In this document: positions 10,089 through 19,450 of the stretch, piece after piece
Position numbering within the stretch: the stretch's first letter is position 1
Layout of the letters: every line of letters starts with the position of its first letter
Assembly (NCBI GenBank): GCA_937894465.1
Contig: CALCRE010000133.1
Location: 2,772-66,771 of the forward strand
Direction: 5' to 3'
Length of the DNA stretch: 64,000 nucleotides
Source: an uncultured Clostridia bacterium
GTDB taxonomy: Bacteria; Bacillota; Clostridia; JAAYHZ01
Position numbers and translations under genes: made by a program
The notes under the pieces: generated by a model
The model's input: only the letters and a program-made list of their open reading frames with translations
The model's database searches: none
Told to the model about the DNA's origin: nothing

Positions 10089-10943
10089 GTGAAAAATGAA
10101 TGCACGGAGATTAACTTTATGTCTGATATTAGAAAACCAATAAATAATGATGTCTTTAATGCAGTTAGCGACTTTTTTTACAGGATGTTGGCACCTGAAA
10201 TTAAGGAAATCACTTCTCCGGATAACATCGTTGTAGCCATTGGAGGCTCGGTGTCATATGGTTTTGCAGATCAACTTTCTGATGTTGACGTATATATCAT
10301 CGGAGATTGCCAAGAAATACATCGATCAAAAACATTACGAAAATACCTATTTATGCATCAGAACATTAACGGATCACCTGTACATTTTATACCACTCCAT
10401 ACAAATAACGGCCCATACGCCTCTTTTTATTGTTTACTCCGGGAAGAATATGAGAAATTGAAAGAGTGCGAAGAAAATCTTCTTTATGATTTAGTGCATT
10501 ATGTTCCTATTCATGACCCGAAAGGATCCTTACGCAAGGCAAAGGATTTTATTAACAATATTGATTATGACTTTTGGAAAGAGCGATGCATGGAACATTG
10601 TACAAAACTTATTGATATGCTGGAGGTTTTTTATAGCAGTACGAAAAGAGGTAACAATGTAGCAATATGCACACATTTCGGAAAAGCTTATGAAGGCTTG
10701 ATGCAAATAGGGTATCTTCTTTCAGGAAAACCTTACCCTTATTCCAAATGGCTCTGGAACGGTTTGGAGTCGGTTGATAAGAAGATCTATGAAACTATAA
10801 GGAATGACATCGTTGAAAAGCTTCCTTGCACTCAAGAAGAATTCATAAAAATGATTCAGAATTTGACTCAAGTAATCACCAGGAGATTAAAAGAAAGGAA
10901 TACCATTCCACTATATATCATTGAAGATATGATGAATCCATAA
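10089..10943 (+). CDS. Pol-beta-superfamily nucleotidyltransferase with helical C-terminal domain
   Basis: 284-aa ORF with the NTase signature GGSVSYGFADQLSDVDVYIIGD (GS...DxD). GTG start at 10089; an alternative ATG is at 10119. Confidence 0.65.
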   Translation: MKNECTEINFMSDIRKPINNDVFNAVSDFFYRMLAPEIKEITSPDNIVVAIGGSVSYGFADQLSDVDVYIIGDCQEIHRSKTLRKYLFMHQNINGSPVHFIPLHTNNGPYASFYCLLREEYEKLKECEENLLYDLVHYVPIHDPKGSLRKAKDFINNIDYDFWKERCMEHCTKLIDMLEVFYSSTKRGNNVAICTHFGKAYEGLMQIGYLLSGKPYPYSKWLWNGLESVDKKIYETIRNDIVEKLPCTQEEFIKMIQNLTQVITRRLKERNTIPLYIIEDMMNP

Positions 10944-10977
10944 TCAGAACATAGAAAATAAATATAGGAGTAGTTAC

Positions 10978-11781
10978 ATGAATCAAAAATCCAGATTGGA
11001 TATTGAGAGAGATGGTTTTGGAAGAATTGTTAGGCGAACGGAAACATCCAACGGAGTAATGACAACAACATCGCATGTATATAATGAATACGGCGATTTG
11101 TTGAAAATCCAAGTCAAGAAACAAGATACTCTCCTACGAGATGAAATCTACCGTTATGAATTTGATGAACACAAAAACAAAACCATAAAACATATAGAAA
11201 GCTCCGGTTTACCTGAGCGTATCACTAGTTCGTCTACCTATCACTATGCAAATGAATATGAAGATGACAAGTTGATCAAAAAGAGCTGTTTACACGAGAA
11301 CATTGTACTATATATGAATCAGTACACTTATGAAGGAACTAAATTGATCCGAATACAAAAATATAACACGCCCCCGGATCTGAACTTGTGGCGTACTGAA
11401 TTACTAAGTTATGAAAAAAACAAGGTCATAAAAACAAGTTATATGCCTAATGGGATAGTATCTCACTATAGCATCAGTGAACTTTCCGCCGGTATTCCAA
11501 TGAATAGGCAAGTTTTAAGTCCCGTAAAAGGTTTATATCATTGGGAATTTACGAATTTTGAACCTGCCTATTGTTCGGTTTACATAAGTGAGAACCAACT
11601 TACCGGTAAAATATTACTGGAAATACTAAAGCATATTCAAAGTATAAAGGCAGTGCATAATGAACCTCTTCTCCTGGTTATTGAATGTTCGGATACTTTT
11701 GTTGATACCTCAGACAAAACAATTTATGATATTGAAATGAGTTACAGGGAACAAGGGATCAGCATTCAATACGCACCTTAA
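10978..11781 (+). CDS. hypothetical cytoplasmic protein with about five degenerate YD/RHS-like repeats
   Basis: 267-aa ORF lying 34 nt after the NTase gene. Repeats visible: HVYNEYGDLLKI, YRYEFDEHKNKTIKH, YHYANEYEDDKLIKK, YTYEGTKLIRI, LLSYEKNKVIKT. No signal peptide. Confidence 0.5.
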   Translation: MNQKSRLDIERDGFGRIVRRTETSNGVMTTTSHVYNEYGDLLKIQVKKQDTLLRDEIYRYEFDEHKNKTIKHIESSGLPERITSSSTYHYANEYEDDKLIKKSCLHENIVLYMNQYTYEGTKLIRIQKYNTPPDLNLWRTELLSYEKNKVIKTSYMPNGIVSHYSISELSAGIPMNRQVLSPVKGLYHWEFTNFEPAYCSVYISENQLTGKILLEILKHIQSIKAVHNEPLLLVIECSDTFVDTSDKTIYDIEMSYREQGISIQYAP

Positions 11782-11823
11782 AGACAACCATATATAATGG
11801 GATCCATACAGATTTTAAGATCA

Positions 11824-12198
11824 TTATTTTTCCAATGAAAATCTGAAGGATTGGTCAATCCAATCCAAAAGCTCATCATTTATATCATCGATGATTTGTA
11901 CAATAACGTGATGTGTCCAGCGGTTTGGGTAAGGTTCTACCACTTCGGCAATACGTGGAGAATATATGGGAAAAGGTAGACCGAAAGATATGTTCATATA
12001 ATATTCAGGTCTGGCTTTAACTTTTCGATAGGGCAATGACACATACAAAAATCCATGCTTATTGGAAAAGGAAATCTGGGTTTTTTGGACCTTCTTTTTA
12101 ACTCCCGGATATTTTTGCAAGATGGTTTTTTCAAATAACAAATACACAGTCAGCATTTCCGGCATTTTATCAAAGAATAGAGCAATATCAATATTCAT
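11824..12198 (-). CDS. small conserved protein (DUF5655-like pattern)
   Basis: 124-aa ORF with the pattern ...KTQISFSNKHGFLYVSLP...NRWTHHVIV...DDINDELLDWIDQSF. It overlaps the upstream MBL hydrolase gene by 4 nt. Confidence 0.5.
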   Translation of the reverse strand: MNIDIALFFDKMPEMLTVYLLFEKTILQKYPGVKKKVQKTQISFSNKHGFLYVSLPYRKVKARPEYYMNISFGLPFPIYSPRIAEVVEPYPNRWTHHVIVQIIDDINDELLDWIDQSFRFSLEK

Positions 12199-12896
12199 AT
12201 ATTCTCCTCCTTCCAGATTCCCCCATGATAACAGATAACGGTGTCTGCGTGATAATCCAACATTTCCTTTTTTGATTTTTTAGCTGCCTTTAAATCCAAT
12301 GCATATTGCGGATTAGCTATGGCAAGTTTTCCCTTCACTAAAACGGCCGCATCCCCTGTTATCAGGGTTTTATGATTCTTTAAGTAAAGTGAGATATGAC
12401 CCGGGGTATGTCCGGGGGTTGCGATGATTCTGCACCCTCCACACCAATCGAATGCATCATCGGCTTTTACTTTATTATCAACAGCACAAGGTTCCGTCTT
12501 ACGGATCATTTCCATAAAAGCCAATCCGAAAGCCTTTTGCTCATCCGGTAATGTTTCCTGTCTTTTCTCCGCTTGTTCTAAACGAAGAGATTTCCTATCC
12601 CCTGAAATATATGGTTCTTCTATTTCGCTAGCTACAACCTTCGCTTTTGGATATTTTTGCTTTAGAGCTTTTAAGGATCCCATATGGTCAAGGTCATGAT
12701 GAGTAATCACAATGTGTGTCAATTGATTGATGTCAAGACCTTTTTCTTCGAATGCCTTTTCAATCAACGGCAGAAAACCATAAAACCCGCAATCCACCAA
12801 GACCATATTTTGATCATCTAATAATACAACCGGATAAATGATGTTTTCATTGCCATCAACTGTGTATTTTATTTCAATAACAACAATGTTTTCCAT
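12195..12896 (-). CDS. MBL-fold metallo-hydrolase
   Basis: 233-aa ORF with the metallo-beta-lactamase motif ITHHDLDHMG and a downstream TPGHTPGH. Confidence 0.8.
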   Translation of the reverse strand: MENIVVIEIKYTVDGNENIIYPVVLLDDQNMVLVDCGFYGFLPLIEKAFEEKGLDINQLTHIVITHHDLDHMGSLKALKQKYPKAKVVASEIEEPYISGDRKSLRLEQAEKRQETLPDEQKAFGLAFMEMIRKTEPCAVDNKVKADDAFDWCGGCRIIATPGHTPGHISLYLKNHKTLITGDAAVLVKGKLAIANPQYALDLKAAKKSKKEMLDYHADTVICYHGGIWKEENI

Positions 12897-12909
12897 ACAA
12901 CGGGCTCCT

Positions 12910-14409
12910 TTATCGACGGAAGTTTACGACTTCTCCCGTCTTTTCCTGACTTAATAATGTTCCGTTTTTGTCGAATACATATCGATATACATAACTTGCA
13001 CCGCCAATGGTAAAGGAGGATGTCATGGGCGAGAAAAATGTTTCCGTAATACTTTCAACATCCCAGCTAAGTTCTTGTGAGTCATTGATCGTAAGCTTAC
13101 TACCTAGAGATCCTTTGACAGAATAAAATTCCTTTGGTGTACCCGATATCGGATCGCACACCAAAAGCACCGCAGTGAATTGATCTCTCACAAGTTTGGT
13201 CAGCTCTTCTTTGGAGATATCCATTCGATTGTTGTCGAATATATAACGGAGGATTGGGGCAATATCATGGCGTCCCCCCGCATTCTTATCAGCATCCTTT
13301 TCTCCTTTATCCGGGGCTGGAACGGAATAAGCACTAAGATAAACGTGCTCGTTGTATTCAATCATATCCCTAACGTAATAATAGTTGTCGTCCGAGTCAT
13401 ACAGGAACGAATCTATGATAACCCCCTCGCTATTCACTTTTATAATTTTAGCATATTCACCGGTCATATAACTTCCAAGCTGGACTATATAGTCACCCCC
13501 TAACTTTGCAGCATTCCAAATTCCATAATTACCGACATCTGTCTTATGAAAGTTTATAACCTCACCGTCCGGATCCAACTCATTCAAGCAAAGATAACGA
13601 AGGTCTCCCCTGCTGAATACGGCAATTTTTTCATCTGTCGGAACAACCGCACCGATGTATTCGGATTTGAATCCATTGTAAAGCATGGTTTCCCACAGAA
13701 CGGTCCCGTCAGAATCAATGCAGGCGATCCATGCATAACTTTTTTGTGCACTTGAATATGTTGGTAACCTACCATACACAATGATACGATCCCGGTTCAT
13801 GACATAATCTTCTATCCAAAAATTACGAAATTCTACTTGCCACACCAATTCATTCTTCTCATATTTTTCAAAGACACTTTTGTCGTGAACATCAAACCCC
13901 AAACGTTCATTAAGTTTCTCTACGGTATAATACTTGTATGATACGGGGCTGTTAGTCCGTTCTTGTACAAAAAGCATGCCGTTTTTGTAATTCCAAAGAT
14001 TTTTTAGATCTTCTGCTGTAGGGTTCTCCTGGAAAATTTCATATCCGCCTACTGCACTTTCAATGACTTGTGCTGTTTTATCATAATTGAAAGTCATTGT
14101 ACGAATATCTCGGTACACCTTTCGAATTTCTCCTCTAGTAAGTCCCCCTATGGGCAAATCATATTCACTGAAAAAGATCACCGCTTCATTATATTCTCTG
14201 ACTTGCGCGGCAATTGTATAAGCAGAAACACTTAAAACCAACAAAACCAGTACAAAACTAATCGCAACCAAGGGTTTAAGCTTGAGTTTTCTTATCTGCA
14301 CAAGCTCGACCATTTTAGGTTCAGAACAAGCTGAAAGTACTTTTTCTTTATCAGGAAGCGGTATATCAACAAGCTGTTTCAAAATATTCCTAATTTCACG
14401 TTTTTTCAT
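12910..14409 (-). CDS. putative anti-sigma factor: single-pass membrane protein with a large extracytoplasmic repeat domain
   Basis: Best start is MKKREIRNILK at 14409, overlapping the sigma-factor stop by 14 nt. One TM segment (LVAISFVLVLLVLSVSAY). The roughly 400-aa C-terminal domain has beta-propeller-like repeats. The longer track ORF (to 14571) runs inside the sigma gene. Confidence 0.6.
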   Translation of the reverse strand: MKKREIRNILKQLVDIPLPDKEKVLSACSEPKMVELVQIRKLKLKPLVAISFVLVLLVLSVSAYTIAAQVREYNEAVIFFSEYDLPIGGLTRGEIRKVYRDIRTMTFNYDKTAQVIESAVGGYEIFQENPTAEDLKNLWNYKNGMLFVQERTNSPVSYKYYTVEKLNERLGFDVHDKSVFEKYEKNELVWQVEFRNFWIEDYVMNRDRIIVYGRLPTYSSAQKSYAWIACIDSDGTVLWETMLYNGFKSEYIGAVVPTDEKIAVFSRGDLRYLCLNELDPDGEVINFHKTDVGNYGIWNAAKLGGDYIVQLGSYMTGEYAKIIKVNSEGVIIDSFLYDSDDNYYYVRDMIEYNEHVYLSAYSVPAPDKGEKDADKNAGGRHDIAPILRYIFDNNRMDISKEELTKLVRDQFTAVLLVCDPISGTPKEFYSVKGSLGSKLTINDSQELSWDVESITETFFSPMTSSFTIGGASYVYRYVFDKNGTLLSQEKTGEVVNFRR

Positions 14410-14947
14410 GGCTAACCTCCTCATTTTGATAGCAAGCTTTGAGCTTCTTGACCGACCGTTGATATTTCTTCTGGGCAGATGTAACACTGATTCCCATGAC
14501 ACTAGCGATTTGCTTATAGGGCAGACCGGTATATAATCGATAGATGAGAATCCGCCTTTCTTCAGGGTCAAGCAAACTCAACAGTTCAAGCACTTCAATT
14601 TGTGAAAAGTCAGGCTGCGTTCCGGATGTTTCCGGTAATTTTGAATCTTCTATGGGAATGTCGGGCTTCCTCTTGCGAATCACATCAATGGAGCAATGAT
14701 GAGCAATCGTTAACATCCAAGCCTTCGGGTTGCTGCCGGCTTTGTATGTATGTGCATACTTTGATATTTCGATCATGGTATTTTGTAATACATCCTCTGC
14801 ATCCTGCACACTACCTGTGATCCCATAAGCTGTTGAATAGATCAGTTTTGCCATACAGTCATAAATGACTCCAAGAGCACCCTTATCTCCTTTTAAGAAT
14901 GCAATCATTGCCTTATCGCAAACTTTGATGATATTTTGAGTACGCAC
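14396..14947 (-). CDS. ECF-type RNA polymerase sigma-70 family factor
   Basis: 183-aa ORF with region 2 (DAEDVLQNTMIEISKY...) and the region 4 HTH (LPYKQIASVMGISVTSAQKKYQRSVKKL). Confidence 0.8.
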   Translation of the reverse strand: MRTQNIIKVCDKAMIAFLKGDKGALGVIYDCMAKLIYSTAYGITGSVQDAEDVLQNTMIEISKYAHTYKAGSNPKAWMLTIAHHCSIDVIRKRKPDIPIEDSKLPETSGTQPDFSQIEVLELLSLLDPEERRILIYRLYTGLPYKQIASVMGISVTSAQKKYQRSVKKLKACYQNEEVSHEKT

Positions 14948-15050
14948 CCTTGCTTTTCACCTCCTCATTTCATGCTCTGTATTTAAAGCGTTTTATCATT
15001 GTGCTTTCGGACAGGAAAATATTTTTCTTTTATACATCGTACATTTTGCT

Positions 15051-15566
15051 TCATTTCAATCCGGATAACATCCTTCGGATGACCGGTTTGAAAAGCAAAT
15101 AGAATAAATAACCCAAAAGCCCGCCAATGGTGTTTGTTATTACATCAGTGATATCAGAGGAACGTAATCCATTGATCAACGGTTGGAGTAACTCAATTCC
15201 CAAGCTGAATAAAAACGTTTTGTATATGCAAGAAAACATGCTCTGTTTTTTAACTATGGGTAGCAAAAATCCAAAAGGGATTATCATAATAACGTTCAGT
15301 ATGATTTGACGAAGAGCATCTCCTCTGCCATGTATGTAGTCGACGAAAGGAGTCATATTCATAGGAATGTAGGGATGATTGAATATATATGGCAATGAAG
15401 TAATAACGGGCAATAAGGTTATGTACAAAACCAATGAAACATACAGGTACATCAGTGTGTTGACGATCAATTTCGCCCTGCCCCTTTCCTGCCACCTGTT
15501 ATAAAAAAAGATATATAATACAGCCAAAACGATGAAATCTACAATAATTTTTAAATCTTGATTCAT
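15051..15566 (-). CDS. VanZ-family membrane protein
   Basis: 171-aa ORF with 4-5 TM segments and VanZ-like motifs (IIPFGFLLP, DITDVITNTIGGLLGY). Confidence 0.7.
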   Translation of the reverse strand: MNQDLKIIVDFIVLAVLYIFFYNRWQERGRAKLIVNTLMYLYVSLVLYITLLPVITSLPYIFNHPYIPMNMTPFVDYIHGRGDALRQIILNVIMIIPFGFLLPIVKKQSMFSCIYKTFLFSLGIELLQPLINGLRSSDITDVITNTIGGLLGYLFYLLFKPVIRRMLSGLK

Positions 15567-15688
15567 AGTTCTCCTTTGTGAGCAACTACCGCTCTTTATA
15601 AATCATATACTGACATTATACAATGTCATTGCACCGTATAAAAGCTTATGGTATCTTATCTATATCAGTGATATGGCAGGTGCTTATT

Positions 15689-18136
15689 ATGAATTCTCAT
15701 TTACAAAATGAACTGCATGAACCGGGATCACAAAGGGTCTTCCCCGGAACAGCCGGTGAAGTTGCTTTTCTATTAGGTGGTATTGGAACGGGCAATATTT
15801 CCATAGGGGCAAGAGGAGAACTTCGAGACTGGGAGATTTTCAACACGCCCGGTAAAGGAAAACAAATGCATTATTCATTTTTTGCATTACAAGTTCAAGA
15901 AGAAGGAAAGCAATCTATTGCTAAGGTTCTAGAATCCAAATTGAATCCTCCTTTTTCAAAATCCCATGGTTTTCATTCCGGATCTGTCGCCGGTTTGCCA
16001 AGATTTGAAAAGTCAGAATTAAAAGGCGAGTATCCTATGGCTTGGATAACGCTCACAGATAAAACTATGCCTGTTGATGTCACTATAGAAGCCTTTACAC
16101 CTATGATTCCTTTAAATGTAGATGACTCAAGTATTCCTTGTGCGGTGCTTAGATATCACGTTCGAAACAAAACTCAAAACAAAGTGGAGATGTCCATTGC
16201 CGCGTCTATGTTAAATCCTGTAGGTGCCGGCAATTATGATGTATTCGAGAATCTAAGAAGAGACTTTCCTGTGGGAAACATCAATGAATATAGGGCAAGT
16301 GAAGGGTTTTCAGGTCTTTTTATGACAAATCGGGATCTACCTGAAAATGACTTAAAATATGGTAATTTTGCTGTGACCACTATGGCAAAGAACATCACCT
16401 ATAAAACACACTGGATGCACAAGGATTGGTGGGATGGAATCCACGATATGTGGGACGATTTCACTGAGGACGGTAAACTTGACGATACCCCTGTTTCATT
16501 TGATCAAAACAACCGATTGGCTAAAATAGGGAGCATTTCAGCTACTGAAACCTTAGAACACGGAGAAAGCAAGGATTTTCTTTTTCTGCTTACATGGTAT
16601 TTCCCTAATCGAATCAACGGATGGAGCCAAACATGCAGTAGCCCGGATTGCAATTGCAGCATCACCCAAAACTATTATGCAAATAACTTTAAAAGTGCAT
16701 GGGATGTGGCAGAGTACGTGATGAAAGACTACGACAGATTGTACAATAAAACACTTGAGTTTCACGATGCTTTATTTTCAAGTTCATTGCCACCCTTTGT
16801 CATTGATGCTGTGGCAAGCAACATGGATATCCTTCGTAGCACCACATGTTTTCGGTTAAGCAACGGGAAGTTTTTCGCTTATGAAGGTTGCTTTGACAAT
16901 GCAGGCTGCTGCGAAGGTAACTGCACTCATGTTTGGAATTATGAGCAGACTCTCGCCTTCTTGTATCCTTCCCTTGAAAGGGATATGCGGCTTACAGAAT
17001 TCAATGTGGAAACGGATGAAACCGGTAAAATGGAGTTTCGAACCAAAAAACTCTTCGGTGGATCGAATAATTTCCATCCTGCTGCAGACGGACAACTTGG
17101 CAGTATCATACGTTTGTATAGGGACTGGAAATTAAGCGGAGATCATGACCTTTTAGCAACTGTTTGGGACAATGCCAAAAGAGCGTTGGATTTTGCTTTT
17201 TCTTATTGGGATTCAGACGGAGATTATGTTCTGGACAGTCAGCAGCATAATACCTATGATATAGAATTTTACGGGCCTAACAGCCTTACCAACTCCATGT
17301 TTTACGGAGCCTTAAAAGCAGGAGCCGAAATGGCCAAAGCCATGGGAGACCGGCAAAGTGAATCAACCTACAGAAATGCTTTTCTTCAGGGATCCCAAAG
17401 AATGGATCAATTGCTGTGGGATGATGATTATTATATCCAAGTCATTGATGATGTGAATCAATATAAATACCAATACGGGAAAGGATGTCTATCCGACCAA
17501 CTGCTTGGACAAACACTTTCTCATGTGGCCGGTTTAGGACACATTTTGCCCAAAGAGCATGTATAAATAGCAGTCTATACCATCTATAAATACAACTTTC
17601 TAAATGATTTTTCAAAACACCATAATGTGCAACGGACTTATGTGCTTAATGATGAAAAAGGTTTGGTTCTTTGCTCTTGGCCAAAAGGCGGAAGACCAAA
17701 ATTCCCCTTTGTATATTCCGACGAGGTATGGACGGGAATCGAATACCAAGTCGCTGCTCATTTGATTTATGAAGGCTGTATCGATGAAGGATTACTGCTG
17801 GTAAAAGCGGTCAGGGACAGACATGACGGTTTTAAAAGAAATCCTTGGGATGAAGTGGAGTGCGGACATCATTACGCACGAGCCATGGCAAGCTGGGCAG
17901 TATTGATTGCATTAAGCGGATTTAAGTGTGACTTGACGAAAGGCATTATTGAATTTAATCCTGTGATCAATAAACAGCACTTTAAATGTTTCTTCAGCTG
18001 TGACAAAGCTTGGGGTATATTTGAACAGAAAACAAACCCTCAAACCAATCGGAATGAATACAACATTGATATTCTCTACGGCAGTCTTGAAGGTGTCACC
18101 ATCAAAGCCAACGGCGAAATTGTAGGGAAATATTAG
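15689..18136 (+). pseudogene. GH116 beta-glucosidase (GBA2-type glucosylceramidase family) interrupted by one in-frame TAA
   Basis: The 647-aa and 169-aa track ORFs are in the same frame (15623 and 17627 are both 2 mod 3). The sequence reads ...LPKEHV-TAA(17564-17566)-IAVYTIYKYNFLNDF.... An N-terminal GGIGTGNI motif and a C-terminal (alpha/alpha)6-like catalytic region are present. The likely start is the ATG at 15689. Confidence 0.75.
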
Positions 18137-18147
18137 ATATCCGCGAG

Positions 18148-19140
18148 TTACCCTTGTTTTCCGTATGCCAGTACCATAATCAAATCGGATATCTGTTTTT
18201 TTGTGCCTTCGATCAGGTTCACACATACGCTTCTGCCTTGTACTCCTGACATAAGGCTGACGTGGCATTCGTGGATCAACCGGTCGATGAGCTGCATTTT
18301 TTCATTGGGATCCTTGCAGCCCGGCCATTTCAGGGCATATTGATCAAAGATGGATGTTGCACGGCCTGCAGGCATGTTGTGGGTGTGAAAACTGCGGCGA
18401 TATTCCCGGTAGGTGTAGCAATAACCGCAAGGACAAGCCACAACGGAGGTATAACCGGTAGGTGAAAGCACAGTGCCGCATTGATGACATAGCAAACGTC
18501 CTTTTTCTAACCACAACCGGGTATCTTGAGCCTGCCGGCATCGGGTGTAAAATGTATAACCGACTTCATCAAGCAATTCTTGATCCATTATGCCTTTTGC
18601 ATCACTTTGATACAATTTAAGTAGTGTGTCACGAGAAACTTTGGGACACCATTTGAACTGATTTAACTTAGTTTTATCGATCTTCTCGGTTATACAGTCC
18701 ATTTGAGCTTTTTCTCGTTCCAAACGCAACTTTGTCCTTTTTATCTGGTCTTCACGTCTTTTAGCCGACAAGTCGGCATATTTTTTCTCATACCCTGCAT
18801 GATAAACTCTTTGTACTTCATTCAATGCATTTCGTAATGATTCCTCATTTTTTACCCCAATTCCCAGAACATTAAAACAATCACTTTTTATAAATACACA
18901 TATAAGTTCACAACGATAGTTCCGACAATAACCGTACACCCATCCGTCGTCTGCTGTATACCTTTGATATTTGTTGTACACCTTGTACTTGCTTTCCATT
19001 TCATCATTGAAAATTAAAAATAGTTCACGTACCTGTATCGGCATGTAATTCAAGAGCTCATTATAGGTAGGCTTTACCTTTTTCGGATATTGATCTTTCC
19101 ATTCCATATGGTTATTCATCCCTTCGATCCTTAACGCCAC
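18148..19140 (-). CDS. hypothetical protein: DUF3788-like N-terminus, coiled coil, Cys-rich (zinc-ribbon-like) C-terminus
   Basis: 330-aa ORF. C-terminal motif CHQCGTVLSPTGYTSVVACPCGYCYTY. The start is ambiguous (GTG 19140, ATG 19119 or ATG 19107). Confidence 0.5.
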   Translation of the reverse strand: MALRIEGMNNHMEWKDQYPKKVKPTYNELLNYMPIQVRELFLIFNDEMESKYKVYNKYQRYTADDGWVYGYCRNYRCELICVFIKSDCFNVLGIGVKNEESLRNALNEVQRVYHAGYEKKYADLSAKRREDQIKRTKLRLEREKAQMDCITEKIDKTKLNQFKWCPKVSRDTLLKLYQSDAKGIMDQELLDEVGYTFYTRCRQAQDTRLWLEKGRLLCHQCGTVLSPTGYTSVVACPCGYCYTYREYRRSFHTHNMPAGRATSIFDQYALKWPGCKDPNEKMQLIDRLIHECHVSLMSGVQGRSVCVNLIEGTKKQISDLIMVLAYGKQG

Positions 19141-19150
19141 TGCATAAGAG

Positions 19151-19303
19151 CTACATAAATCTGATCCGGCGTATCACCATAACCGCAATCAAACAAGTGT
19201 ATGTGATACCGTTCAGGCTTCTACCGACTTGATAAAGATCATTCATGGCTTGCATAAATGATGCCCCCTCTTCACCGTACAATCGTATTGCCTTCCTTTT
19301 CAT
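19151..19303 (-). CDS. possible 50-aa small protein (below the ORF-track cutoff)
   Basis: Own translation: MKRKAIRLYGEEGASFMQAMNDLYQVGRSLNGITYTCLIAVMVIRRIRFM. AGGTGG lies 9 nt upstream of the ATG. No family recognised. Confidence 0.3.
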   Translation of the reverse strand: MKRKAIRLYGEEGASFMQAMNDLYQVGRSLNGITYTCLIAVMVIRRIRFM

Positions 19304-19371
19304 TGTACCAAACCACCTGACCATATCTCAATAATATTTCGTATTTCAATATGGAATAGATAAGAATCAAT

Positions 19372-19420
19372 TTTATAAAAATGGATCGGTAAACAGTCTA
19401 TCTGTACTGTCTACCGATCC
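19372..19420 (-). terminator. rho-independent terminator of tyrS
   Basis: The minus strand reads GGATCGGTA-(20-nt inner stem-loop)-TACCGATCC followed by ATTTTTAT. Confidence 0.7.
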
Positions 19421-19450
19421 GTACCACCGTTACCGGTTTTGTAGATCCTG

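Noticed and set aside
12910-14571. The 553-aa version of the anti-sigma ORF given in the ORF track.
   Set aside because: Its first 54 codons overlap the 3' end of the sigma-factor gene in another frame and have no RBS. The internal MKKREIRNILK start, overlapping the sigma stop, gives the usual coupled arrangement.
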